From Camelus ferus (lineage: Eukaryota), in the NCBI RefSeq assembly GCF_009834535.1, contig NC_045696.1:111664001-111728000 (forward strand): DNA of 64,000 bases. The letters run 5' to 3'. The notes under the pieces are model-generated. The model was not told the origin of the DNA. It saw only the letters and a list, made by a program, of their open reading frames with translations, and did not search any database. This document shows, in pieces, positions 37,816 to 49,392 of this stretch. Positions within the stretch are counted from its first letter, which is position 1, and each line of letters begins with the position of its first letter. A program made the position numbers and the translations under genes.

Positions 37816-39039
37816 TGGGTGCAGCTACTTCACAAGGCTCAAGCCGGTCCAGGAGGCTTGGCCAGAACCAGCCACCTCGTAAATCTGAAACCACCTTTCC
37901 CACTGGTCTTACATCTTTCTACCTTCATGATAATTTTATTTCAGGGACTTCCCTGACTCTCCCTATGTCAGGTCCTCAGTGGGGAACTCCCACATTCTCT
38001 CAAAAGTTTCCAAAACTCTGATTCTCAAGAAAGAACTGGAAGTTTAAAATAAGATTTGTGTTTCAGTGAAAACTGTACATCGCTGCGTGGAGCACATCCT
38101 TTCAGGAGCTCATATTCTAACATGTCATTGCTTTGACCTATTGGTAGCTCTTTGTAAGTTACTAGACATGCAAATTCTGTGTCTCCCATTCAAGTTCCCA
38201 CTGACTTCCCTCCCTTCTGGGAAAAACCAGAGTTACCTCTATTTGCAGTTCAATTCCTTGACTCCAGATCAATTTGTGCTCCTTTAGTTTTGATTTGAAT
38301 TGGATGGATCGTTCTCTCCTATATGAATAAAATAAAATCTTTAACATATGTTAATTTTTATATCTGTACAAGGGTATTTTACCTTTTTCTGAAAATCATC
38401 TTTTAACAGGAGTCTCATCCTTTTCCTATCAGAAAGCCCTTGGAATTCTTAAGCAAACTATAATTTAGCATATCAGTGATTTATGTCAAAAGATTTTTTT
38501 GAAACATGAATACCTAATTATACAAGGTTTTTAGAAAATAAGCAAGTCGATGGCATGCTAAGAAAATAAAGACTCTGTGGCTAACTTGTGAAATGTTGAA
38601 ATGTTAATACCTTAATAGTATTTTATAATCCTATCCTTTTAATTTATTTTGTTGATGTGGCCATGACTCAGAAGCACAATGAGACGTTGAATTTGACAGC
38701 AATGGTGCTTGATTTCACAGCGTGATTACTGTGTTATTTTTCACCTCTTCTCACATATCTGTTGGAGATGGCAGTAAGTCAGCTTTACTGGGTGTGGAAG
38801 CCATGGGATGGGCATTAGATGCAAAGCACTGAGCACTTCTGAAAGAATTATAAGTCCATGGTGGGGGTGGGGGGGGGGTATACAAGTGCCCTATCTTAGT
38901 GAGCAACCAGAAAAAACAAACAAAACAGTTCAAGATTCTAGAAATGATTGTTTTTAAATTGTCTCCTAGTTGCAGGTTTGAAGAATTACTTCCAATTTCA
39001 TTAGCCAATTCATTACGTTTTCAAAATTGTGCCTTTCAT

Positions 39040-39420
39040 TATTCAAATGCTTGCACCAGCTAAACCTAGCTCCCACCCACTTTTCCTGCTTTAATTCCCT
39101 CTACATCCTAACAAAACCTTTCCACAGTGCCAGGCTTGACTACTCCTGGGGGCTGAACGTTCCTGAGCTTCTCCAGAGACTCACCATCACTCCCATCAGG
39201 CACCTCCTGAACTGCCAGTTTACTCACTTCCTCCCTTCTGAACCCTCCTTACATTTCTCTGCCAGTGTAAGTGACTTCTTCCTTCGATATTAACTCATAT
39301 TATTTCGTCCATGAAGTTCTTCCTGATCATTCCAGCTGGGAGTGACTTGACGTCTGTATCCTTTTTGACACTTACAGCTTGTCTGTGTCATCCATTTGGT
39401 AGTGCGAAGTGTGTTAACTC
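39040..39420 (+). mobile_element. L2 fragment
   Basis: Pyrimidine-rich L2-like sequence (ACCTAGCTCCCACCCAC...TCCATGAAGTTCTTCCTGATC). Confidence 0.45.
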
Positions 39421-39939
39421 AGAGGGATTAAGAATCACAAGCAGGCTGGATCTGCTGTGAGAATAAAAAAGACCACCAATCACATCTCCTCCCCCTGTAG
39501 ATTCCAAAACAATTAAGGAACACATACAGGAGTCATGCAGGGGCCAAAACGTCAGCTTTATGGCCGGCAAAGCTAAATTAGAAGGCATGGTTTGGATCCA
39601 AGGATAAAACACAGCTTCCTATTACATCCCCCTGGAGCTGGATCAATTTGGCCATCCAGCATTGGGACCAAGAAGCCCTGCCAGGGCTCGTATCCCACCA
39701 ATCAGCGGCAGAAACGCAGAGAACATATGCATCTCTTCAACAAGCTGAGCGGATGTGCCCAAGAATTGTTCTGCTGCTGAGGGTAGTACAAAGGGGGTGA
39801 GGTATGGGAACAAAGCTACTCAACCAGGGGTGGAGATCTTTAATTTATGAACCTGTAGGAACACGGGATGAATGAGCGAGTGATTGTGCCTGCAGGCAAA
39901 AATTATAATTATGCAATTTATGTCTGGGAGTAACCAGTT

Positions 39940-40460
39940 CGTTGTCTTGTTCCTCCCTCAGTAAAACCAACACAGCCCATTGTTAGATAAAGCTGAGTCT
40001 ATTGTTGATGGTAGGAAGAGACAGAACCCTCCCTGCAGAGCTGTGGCCACATCAGGGTGGGGGCTGGTCAGGAGAAGCAGTGTCAGAATTGTTGAGAGCT
40101 AGAGGTTTTGTTTAAGGAGGCTCTTTCAATGTGGGGACCTGACTGGGGTCGAGGAAGGATTGTCCTACAACAGTCCAGGGTTAGGAGAAACAGCACGGGG
40201 ATCTTGAAGTGTGAGACTCAAAGAGTCTTAGGGTGCAAACCATCCACTAATGCTTTCTACGGAAGAGTTAATGAGACTTTGGGGATGTTCTTGTAATGAA
40301 CAATCAAGTCATTTGCCTGGAAAAAAGCTTCTAATAAAATAAAGTTTTGCTTATTAAGACAACAGACTAACAAAATCATGTTAATATAGACATTAAGTGG
40401 TGGTTTGGGTTCTCACTGTCCACACTGAGTGTGGAGTAGATGATTCTGGTTCTCATTTCA
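39940..40460 (-). mobile_element. Probable old ERV solo LTR
   Basis: LTR-like length and composition. Family not resolved. Confidence 0.35.
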
Positions 40461-40479
40461 TTCTGACAAGGAAGGTGAG

Positions 40480-43400
40480 TGTTTCTGCAGCAGGACTTTA
40501 GAGACCCCAGATCACCCCTGTGCGCACCCTGGCCCACGCTGGGCACCCACTACCCACTACTCTTACTCCGGTGCTGTTCCCCGGTGGGGCGAAGGTGCCA
40601 TTGCGAGGGGCCTTGAACACACTTGGAGGAAGCAGAACAGGCTAAGACCTGGCCCTGAATCTGACCTGGGCAAGGGCAGCCATTGCCAGCGAGCACGCAG
40701 AGGTAGCAGACTGAAAACTGCGTGAGGCTCTGGCCAGCTTGCTGGGACCATCCCAGTGCACAGCCTGGCCCTCACTGGGTGCCCACTCCAGCTCCTCTTG
40801 CTCCAGCACTGCTCTCCACTAGGGCAGAAATGCTGTTTGTGGGGAAGAGGGAGGTTACACTCAGAGAGAACAGAATCAGCTCAGATCTGATTCTTAGGGC
40901 TTCTGCTCCAGTACCTTCAGCCCTGACACCACCCCCGATTGAGCAGTGACTGCCACTGAGCACAGGAGAGGCCCCTGCTCACATCTGGCTCTGGCTCTAG
41001 CCCCTCCATCTCCAGCACCACCTCATGAAGGTGATAGCTGCCAGGACACCCTGGCGAAAGACATGACCCATGCTCACTTCAGATCCAGCTCTCCCACCAA
41101 AGCCACTGGCACATGCAGACTGCATAGGAGGGCTCCCACACAAGCATACCCCTTAAAGATCTGGTTAGGTAACTGCATCACCTAATTTCATAGAGATGGA
41201 AAGTTAAACAAAATGAGAAAAGAAGGAAGACTCTGTTTCAAATTAAAGAACAAGAAAAAAAAATTCTGGAAAACACCCTAAAGAAATAAATAAACAAGTT
41301 CACCAAATAAAGAGTTCAAAGCAATAGAAATAAGAAGATTGACTGAACTTGGGAAAAGAATAGATGAACACAGTGAGAATTCTAACAAGGAATGAGAAAA
41401 TATAAATACAAACCAGTCAGAGCTGAGGAATACCATAACTGAAAAGAAAAATACACCAGAAAAAATTAACAGCAGATTACGTGGTACAGAAGAATGTAGT
41501 GATCAGGAAGACAGACTATCACCTGATCGGAGCAGCAAAAACAAAAATGAGTTTTAAAAAAATGAGGAGAGTTTAAAAAATGCCCATGGAAAACACTGAG
41601 CATTTTAACTGACCCTAAAAGAAGTTAAAGGTCTTCTCTAAGTGGAAGAAAAAAGTTACAACAAGATATAAAAACTTATAGGACAGGCAAAATCCCACTG
41701 GTAAAGGAAAATATATAGTAAATGCTGTGAATCAACCATTTAAATTAATGAGTACAAAGTTTAAAAATTGATAAAATTAACTATAACTATAATAAGCAGT
41801 TAAGAGATAAATATAAAGATGTAAAATACAACACCAGAAACACTAAACGTGCAGGAGAGGAGTGAAAAATGTAGATCTTTTCAAATATGTTTAAACTTAA
41901 ATGACTATCAGTTTAAAACAAGTAGATAAAGGACAACATACATAAACTCCATGGTAACCTCAAATCAAAAACCTGCAAGTACAGAAAAATAAACAGAAAG
42001 GAACAGAAGAACACCACCAAAAACAATCATCAAACTACAAGGGAAGAAACTAAAAGTGGTACAGAAAAGAGAACAACTACAAAAACAACCAGAAAATAAG
42101 TAACAAAATGGTAATAAAGACATACTATCAATAATCACTTTAAAAGTCAATGGGCTAAATGCTCCAATCAAAAGACATAGGGTGGATGATTGGATTTTTA
42201 AAAAATCCATCTACATACTGTTTTTTGTTTTGTTTTGTTTTGTTTTACATTTTTTTATTGAGTTATAGTCATTTTACAATGTTGTGTCAAATTCCAGTGT
42301 AGAGCACAATTTTTCAGTTATACATGAACATACACATATTCATTGTCGCATTTGTTTTCTCTGTGAGCTACCACAAGATCTTGTATATATTTCCCTGTGC
42401 TATGTAGTATAATCTTGTTTATCTATTCTGCATGTGCCTGTCAGTATCTACAAATTTTGAAATCCCAGTCTGTCCCTTCCCATCCCCCACCCCCTTGGCA
42501 ACCACAAGCTTGTATTCTATGTCTATGAATCTGTTTCTGGTTTATATTTATGTTCCTTTTTTTTTTTTTTTTTTTAGATTCCAATATGAGCGATCTCATA
42601 TGGTATTTTTCTTTCTCTTTCTGGCTTACTTCACTTAGAATGACATTCTCCAGGGACATCCATGTTGCTGCAAATGGCGTTGTATTGTCGTTTTTTATGA
42701 CTGAATAGTATTCCATTGTATAAATATACCACCACTTCTTTATCCAGTCATCTGTCAATGGACATTTAGGCTGTTTCCATGTCTTGGCTATTGTAAATAG
42801 TGCTGCTATGAACATTGGGGTGCAGGTGTCATCCTGAAGTAGGGTTCCTTCTGGATATATGCCCAGGAGTGGGATTCCTGGGTCATATGGTAAGTCTATT
42901 CCTAGTCTTTTGAGGAATCTCCATACTGTTTTCCACAGTGGCTGCACCAAACTGCATTCCCACCGCAGTGTAGGAGGGTTCCGTTTTCTCCACAGCCTCT
43001 CCAGCATTTGTCATTTGTGGACTTTTGATTGATGGCCATTCTGACCAGTGTGAGGTGACAACTCATCGTAGTTTTGATTTGCATTTCTCTAATCATTAGT
43101 GATATTGAGGATATTGAGCATTTTTTCATGTGCCTATTGATCATTTGTATTTCTTCCTTGGAGAATTGCTTACTTAGGTCTTCTGCCTATTGTTGGATTG
43201 GGTTCTTTGTTTTTTTTCTTATTAAGGCGTATGAGCTCCTTTTATATTCCGGAGATCAAGCCTTTGTCAGTTTCATTGTTTGCAAAAATTTTCTCCCATT
43301 CTGTATGTTGTCTTTTTGTTTTACTTATGGTTTCCTTTGCTGTGCAGAAGCTTGTAAGTTTCATTAGGTCCTGTTTGTTTATTTTTGCTTTTATTTCTAT

Positions 43401-45118
43401 TGCTTGGGTAGACTGCCCTAGGAGAACATTTTTGAGATGTATGTCAGATAATGTTTTGCCTATATTTTCTTCTAGGAGGTTTATTGTATCTTGTCTTATG
43501 TTTAATTCTTTGACCCATTTTGAGTTTATTTTTGTGTGTGGTATTAGGGAGTGTTCTAGCTTCACTGATTTACATGCTGCTGTCCAGTTTTCCCAACACC
43601 ATTTGCTGAAGAGACTGTCTTTATTCCATTGTATATTCTTGCCTCCTTTGTTGAAGATGAGTTGACCAAAAGTTTGTGGGTTCATTTCTGGGCTCTCTAT
43701 TCTGTTCCATTGGTCTATATGTCTGTTTTTCTACCAATACCATGCTGTCTTGATGACTGTAGCTCTATAGTATTGTCTGAAGTCTGGGAGAGTTATTCCT
43801 CCAGCCTCTTTCTTTTTCTTCAGTAATGCTTTGGCAATTCTAGGTCTTTTGTGGTTCCAGATAAACATTATTATGATTTGTTCTAGTTCTGTGAACTATG
43901 TCCTGGTTAATTTGATAGGGATTGCATTAAATCTGTAGATTGCCTTGGTCAGTCTGACCATTTTAACAGTTTTGATTCTTCCAATCCAGGAGCATGGGAT
44001 ATCTTTCCATTTTTTTAAGTCTTCTTTAATTTCCTTCATCAATGGTTTATAGTTTTCCATGTATAAGTCCTTCACCTCCTTGGTTAGATTTATCCCTAGC
44101 CCCTTTGGGTACTATTTTAAAGGGGATTGTTTCTTTACTTTCTTTTTTCTGTTGATTCATCATTAGTGTAAAGAAATGCAGCTGATCTTTGAATGTTAAT
44201 CTTGTAAACTGCTACCTTGCTGAATTCTTCAATTAGTTCTACTACTTCTATATACTGTTGTTAAGAGAGTCACATCAGAGCTAAAGAGACACAGAGATTG
44301 AAAGTAAAGGGATGGAAGAAGGTATTCTATGCAAATGGAAATGACAAGAATGCTGGGATAGCAATACATGTATCAGACAAAATAGACTTTAAAACAAAGT
44401 GCATAGCAAAAGACAAAGAATGGCATTATATAAAGATAAAATGATCAATACAAGAAGAGGATATTCCACTCATTGATATATATGCACCCAATACAGTAGC
44501 ACCTAAATACATAAAGTAAATACTAACAGACATCAAAAGAGAAATTGACAATAATACAGTAATAGTAGGGACTTTAACACCCCACTAATATCAATGGACA
44601 GATAATACTGTCAGAAAATCAATAAGGAAACAGTGGTCTTCAATGACACATTAAACCAGTTGGACTTAATAGATATATACAGGACATTCCATCCAAAAAC
44701 AGCAGAATACACATTCTTTTCAAGGGCACATGGAATGTTCTCCAGGAGAGATTACGTGCTAGGTTACAAAACAAACCTCAACAAATTTAAGAGGACAGAA
44801 ATTCTGTCATGCATTTTCTCTGACCACGATCGTATGAAACTAGAAATCAATTACAGGAAGAAAAGTGAGAAAAAGAAAAACAGATGGACACTAAAAAACA
44901 TACTACTGAAAAACGAATGGGTCAATGAAGAAATCAAAGAGGAAATCAGAAAATACCATGAGACAAATAAAGACAAAAACATAACTTTCCAGAATGTATG
45001 GCACATAGCAAAGCAGTTCTAAAGGGAAGTTTATAGTGATACAGAGCTTCCTCAAGAAACAATAAAAATCTCAAATTAACAGCCTAACCTACCATGTAAA
45101 GAAATTAGAAAGAAAAAC
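40480..45118 (+). mobile_element. 5'-intact, 3'-truncated LINE-1 (GC-rich 5'UTR, deleted ORF1, inter-ORF, ORF2 EN), interrupted by an antisense L1
   Basis: ORF1-like sequence from about 41212. ORF2 start near 42108 (AATGGGCTAAATGCTCCAATCAAAAGACATAG). ORF 44633..45022 reads LDLIDIYRTFHPKTAEYTFFS...IFSDH. Confidence 0.9.
42223..44246 (-). mobile_element. Younger 5'-truncated LINE-1 in antisense, nested in another L1
   Basis: Minus ORFs 42441..43007 and 43242..43685 are ORF2p C-terminal. (TTTTG)n tail. TSD TCTA(C/T)ATACTGTT at 42210-42222 and 44247-44259. Confidence 0.97.
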
Positions 45119-45145
45119 AGTTCTACCATATCTTAATTCTATTAT

Positions 45146-45791
45146 TGTTGTTACATCTAAGTTTGTGTGCCAGACACACAGAGAGGTCAAACAAACTGAA
45201 ACCTCGGTATTTGGGGCAGAGAAAGGTGTACTGCAAGGGCCACGCAAAGAATATGAGTAGCTCCTGCTTAAAAGACCTGGACTCCCTGACGGGTTTCAGG
45301 GAAGGGATTTTAAAGTCAGATGAGGCAGAGTCACAGGATATGTGATCAACTCATGCACAATTCTCTGATTGGTTGACGGTGAGGTAACAGGGTGGTGTCA
45401 CAGGGTTAACGTCATCAATCCTCAGGATCCAGCTGGTCTAGGGGCTCATGGTCATCCGGCAGTTAGCTTCTGCCGCTTGGTAGGGATTTTAGTATCTGCA
45501 AAATGACTCAGAAATGTGCATCATACACTGTTATCTGTGTCCTTCAGGGAGGAACTAAAGATTCTGTGACTGCTAATGGCTGATTTACTAGTTAAATTCT
45601 TACCAGTTCTCTTGGCCCGACTACTATTTTTGTTGCTATATGTTTACATTTTTTTCACTCATTAATTCTTGAGCCATTCTTTTGTGACTCACGAGAGGCT
45701 AAAGCTTTTCTACAAACAAGAGGCAGGCAGAGGAAATGTGGGGGAGAGGGGTCTGTCCCGAGAAGGCCCCGCAGAGTTCTGATCAATTACA
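45146..45791 (-). mobile_element. ERV1 solo LTR (MER41-like, artiodactyl type)
   Basis: TG...CA ends with 4-bp TSD TTAT. Clear similarity to the reverse complement of 63740-63908. CTGATTGGTTG CCAAT box. Confidence 0.85.
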
Positions 45792-47479
45792 TTATTACAA
45801 AAATTGCTGAAATATTCAGCTCTTCCCATCTAAAGACTATTAATTTGGGGACTGCAAGTACCCACAGTCTTGAGTTTATGATGACTGCCTACTTCACTGC
45901 TTAATAAGATGTTAGCAATTGTCAATTAAGCTTTAATGATAGTATTAAAATGCAAACCAGGATAATTCATATACTTTTCTATGACTTGGAAACAGAACTT
46001 TTGTTCGACAGAACAAAATCTATTAAAACAGCCTTTCTGCATAATTCGAAACAGAGAATAATTTGCATGAAACTGATAAAAATTAACTCACATTTGCATA
46101 GGGCTTTAAAATTTACAAAGTGTTTGAACATACATTTCCTCATTTAATCCTCATTACCATGTTGTTCTGTGGGCTGTAAGCTAAGTATTCAAATTTCCCA
46201 TGACACAATCTAAAACAAAAACAGTGTGAATAATAGTGGTTCTAAGAGTGAGCTGAGAACTGACTTAAATTTACAAAAGAAACCTCATAATTTTTTTTCT
46301 TGATTAAAACCAGCAACAATTTCCTTGGGACTAGAACTATAGCGTTTAAATAATTCTTGAGCTTAACGTACGTGTTTGAACCACTCAACAACATTACAGT
46401 ATGTGGGCAAGTTAAGTTCAAACACAAAGATAAAAATGAATAAGCAGGCATAAGGCTAGTCAACCCCTTAACTACCATGAAAAGACAAGTAAGAAACAAA
46501 GACTGAAAATCTGCTATTCAAAATAAGTGTGAATTAACCTTAAACTATTTTTAGAAGGATTTTACTTTTTTAAATTAGTTTGTTCTCCCAATTGTTTATG
46601 TTTTGAGAATTTTTTTGTTTCAAACACATAGCAATGATAAATAAAATATTGTAAAAGAGCATTTTAAAATATGACACATTCAAAGCTGAGATAACTCCAA
46701 GGAGCAATAGGAAACATTCAGTAATGAACAGGACATCTGACAGCCTAGGGGCCTCTGAATACACACATAGGCAAAGGATCATGGGAATTTGGGTCCTGCT
46801 GAGGAACAAGTGGGCGTGGAACCCCTGCAATCCTGAAAGGAGGGAGAATGATGCTGCCGACTATTGCCTGTGGCTGGTACTTATGTAAGCCTCATGCCTA
46901 AAGAGGCAGGTGAGTTCTCATATCACCTTGCAACAAGATGCTGAGCGCACCAGCCCCTGCCTCGGTGACTGATTTTGCAACTGCCCCATCATAACTGAGG
47001 AACCAGAGCCAGGAGTCACCAGTAGGAGAGGCTCAAGGTGGTCAGGTAGGAGGCAAATGCGTGCAACTTCTAAAACTACTAAACAGGGAGAAATAAGTAC
47101 AGAGAAAGAGGTAACAACCTTCTACACATAATAAGCCTGTAAAATACCAAAATATGTAAGTAAAACACCAAAATATGTAAGTAAAACTACACCTAAGAGA
47201 GACATAAATGGGCCCATAAATCATAATGTGGATTGGCGCCAATCAAATTGGCATAATCAAAGAGATGAATAAAGGAACGCTACTCATAGAAATAAACAAG
47301 ACATCCTAAATCCAAAGCCGTTAGCAATAAAATAAGAACAGATGATGGTAAATGAAAAATAGTAAAATTAAACATATAAGCATTGACATTAAAACATGAT
47401 GTATAGAGAAGATAAAGTCCTGGTTGCAGACAAAGAGAAAAGGGAATTGTAATTTGGAATGCAATCTAAAGAATTCACC

Positions 47480-47639
47480 TGGGGAGGAGGGTATAGCTCA
47501 AGTGGTAGAGCTCATGCTTGGCATTCGTGAGGTTCCAGGTTCAATCCCCAGTACCTCTATTAAATAAATAATTAAATAAGAGATCCTAATTGCCTCCCTT
47601 CAAATAAAAAATAAATAAATAAAAAGAAAAATTAAAAAA
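47480..47639 (+). mobile_element. tRNA-Ala-derived SINE (Vic-1-like), long form
   Basis: GGGTATAGCTCAAGTGGTAGAGC...GGTTCAATCCCCAGTACC...CCTAATTGCCTCCC and an A tail. TSD AAAGAATTCAC at 47468-47478 and 47640-47650. Confidence 0.93.
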
Positions 47640-48843
47640 AAAGAATTCACTCAGAATGCAGCACAGAGAGACAAAGAGACTTTAAAGACATCTACATCTA
47701 TATGGCTAGAGGGAGAGAAACACAGAGAGACTCAAAAATACTGTATAATAGTGCTATAAGAACAGAATAAAAAAGATAGTGGAGAAGAATATTTTCAAAG
47801 ATAACTGTTCTGATTTTCCAGGATTGACTAAACAAGAATATGCCAATGAACTTTAAAAGTTAGATAAAATAGATAATTTTCTAGAACAGCAAAAAAAAAA
47901 AATCAAATTTGGCTCAAGAAACAGCCATTAAAGAATGTGAATTTCTTATAATCTTTACCCCAGAAAGGACCCTAATTCCCCACAATTTTACAGGCACATT
48001 TACCCCATCTTCAAGGAATCACTTCTCTTATACAAAATGATAAGTTAATATAAAAAATGTTACTAAGCTTTAGTAATTAAAATGGTGTGGTACTCATGCA
48101 GGAATGGAAAAATATATGAAACAGACACATGTACATATCAAAAGTTGGTATATGACAGAGATGTTCCTATAAATCAATAGAGAAAATGTAGGCTATTTAG
48201 TAAATGTTCTGGGATGATAACCATGGAAACATGTAGTTATCCATATGGAAAAAAAAATGAGACCCCCCGTATCTTATGTCATACACAGAACTACATTTCA
48301 GGTGCATTAAACATCAAAATGGGAAAATGATTTTAAAGTTAAAACTTTCAGATGTAAATACAGGATATGTTTATGATGTTGGATAGAGTACAAATAATCA
48401 GGGATAAAATTGATTTTTAAAATGCAAGTTAAAACTTAAGGTGTCTGCATCTCAAATAGCATCATTTTTAAAAGTTAAAATATGAGTGAAAGATTGGGAA
48501 AGGAGAACACGTAACCATTAAAGGATCAATATCCAGAATATCAAAGGAAGTTCTCTAAATCAATAAGAAAGAGACAAACCCCCCAGTGGCAAAGGATATA
48601 AACAGACAATTTACAGAGAACCACATGTTTGAAAGGATGCTCAGCTCACTAATAGTGAAGACAGTACAAGTTAATATATCAAGACACCATTTCACACCCA
48701 TCAAACTAGTAGAAGTCAACAAGTCCAGAAATACCAGATGTTGGAAAACAAGAGGAAACACGGGGATTCTCATACACACTGCTGGTCGAGGGGGAAAGAC
48801 TGAAATGATTTCAAAGGTAATTTGGCAACATCTCTAGTAAAAC

Positions 48844-49392
48844 TGTTTACTGAACTCAGGTTTGCTTGCTCGCTGCTCAGAAAGTCAGTACTCGAGAGAC
48901 AAGTGTTGGTTGGAAAGGAAAGGTTGCTTTCATCAGGAACCTGACCAACTGGGGAGAAGGCAGACTCATGCCCCAAAATCAGCTCTGAAGATTCTGCTCA
49001 GCGACGGAAGATTTTAAAGGGAAAAAGGGGATATACTCCCAATTAATCATTAAGGGAGGAGGTCAGATTCTTCATCATTCTTCCATGGAGTGCAGATTTG
49101 CTGATTCCTCCTGACCTTCCTTTGGTTGCTATCTTGCCCTCATGTCTGCCTGCAAATTTGCTAAAAGGGAAGCTGAGGGTAGAGAGTCAGTCATTCTCTA
49201 ACTACTTAATTTTTCATTTTTACTCCTTTTAATCTGGGAAAAGAACGAACAGGTTTGGCAAGGCATTGTGTACATTCAGTAGAGCATAAGTCAGGAGTTA
49301 GGTTAAATGTTACCTAGTGATCTCATTTTTATAATTAAGTTCTGAGGGAAACAGAAATGGACAAACAGAAAAGGATCAAAGAGGTGCTTACA
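48844..49392 (-). mobile_element. ERV1-class solo LTR inserted in old L1
   Basis: TGTTTACTGAAC...GCTTACA ends. L1 sequence is contiguous across it (TAGTAAA...GATGAAGATG). Confidence 0.8.

Noticed and set aside
42441..43685. Long ORFs of 147-188 aa as candidate genes
   Set aside because: They are frameshifted L1 ORF2 fragments or their antisense frames, in a 5'-truncated element that cannot be autonomous.
29718..47560. Three tRNA-Ala genes
   Set aside because: All have TSDs, A-rich tails and stem mismatches, so they are SINEs or retrocopies rather than canonical tRNA genes.
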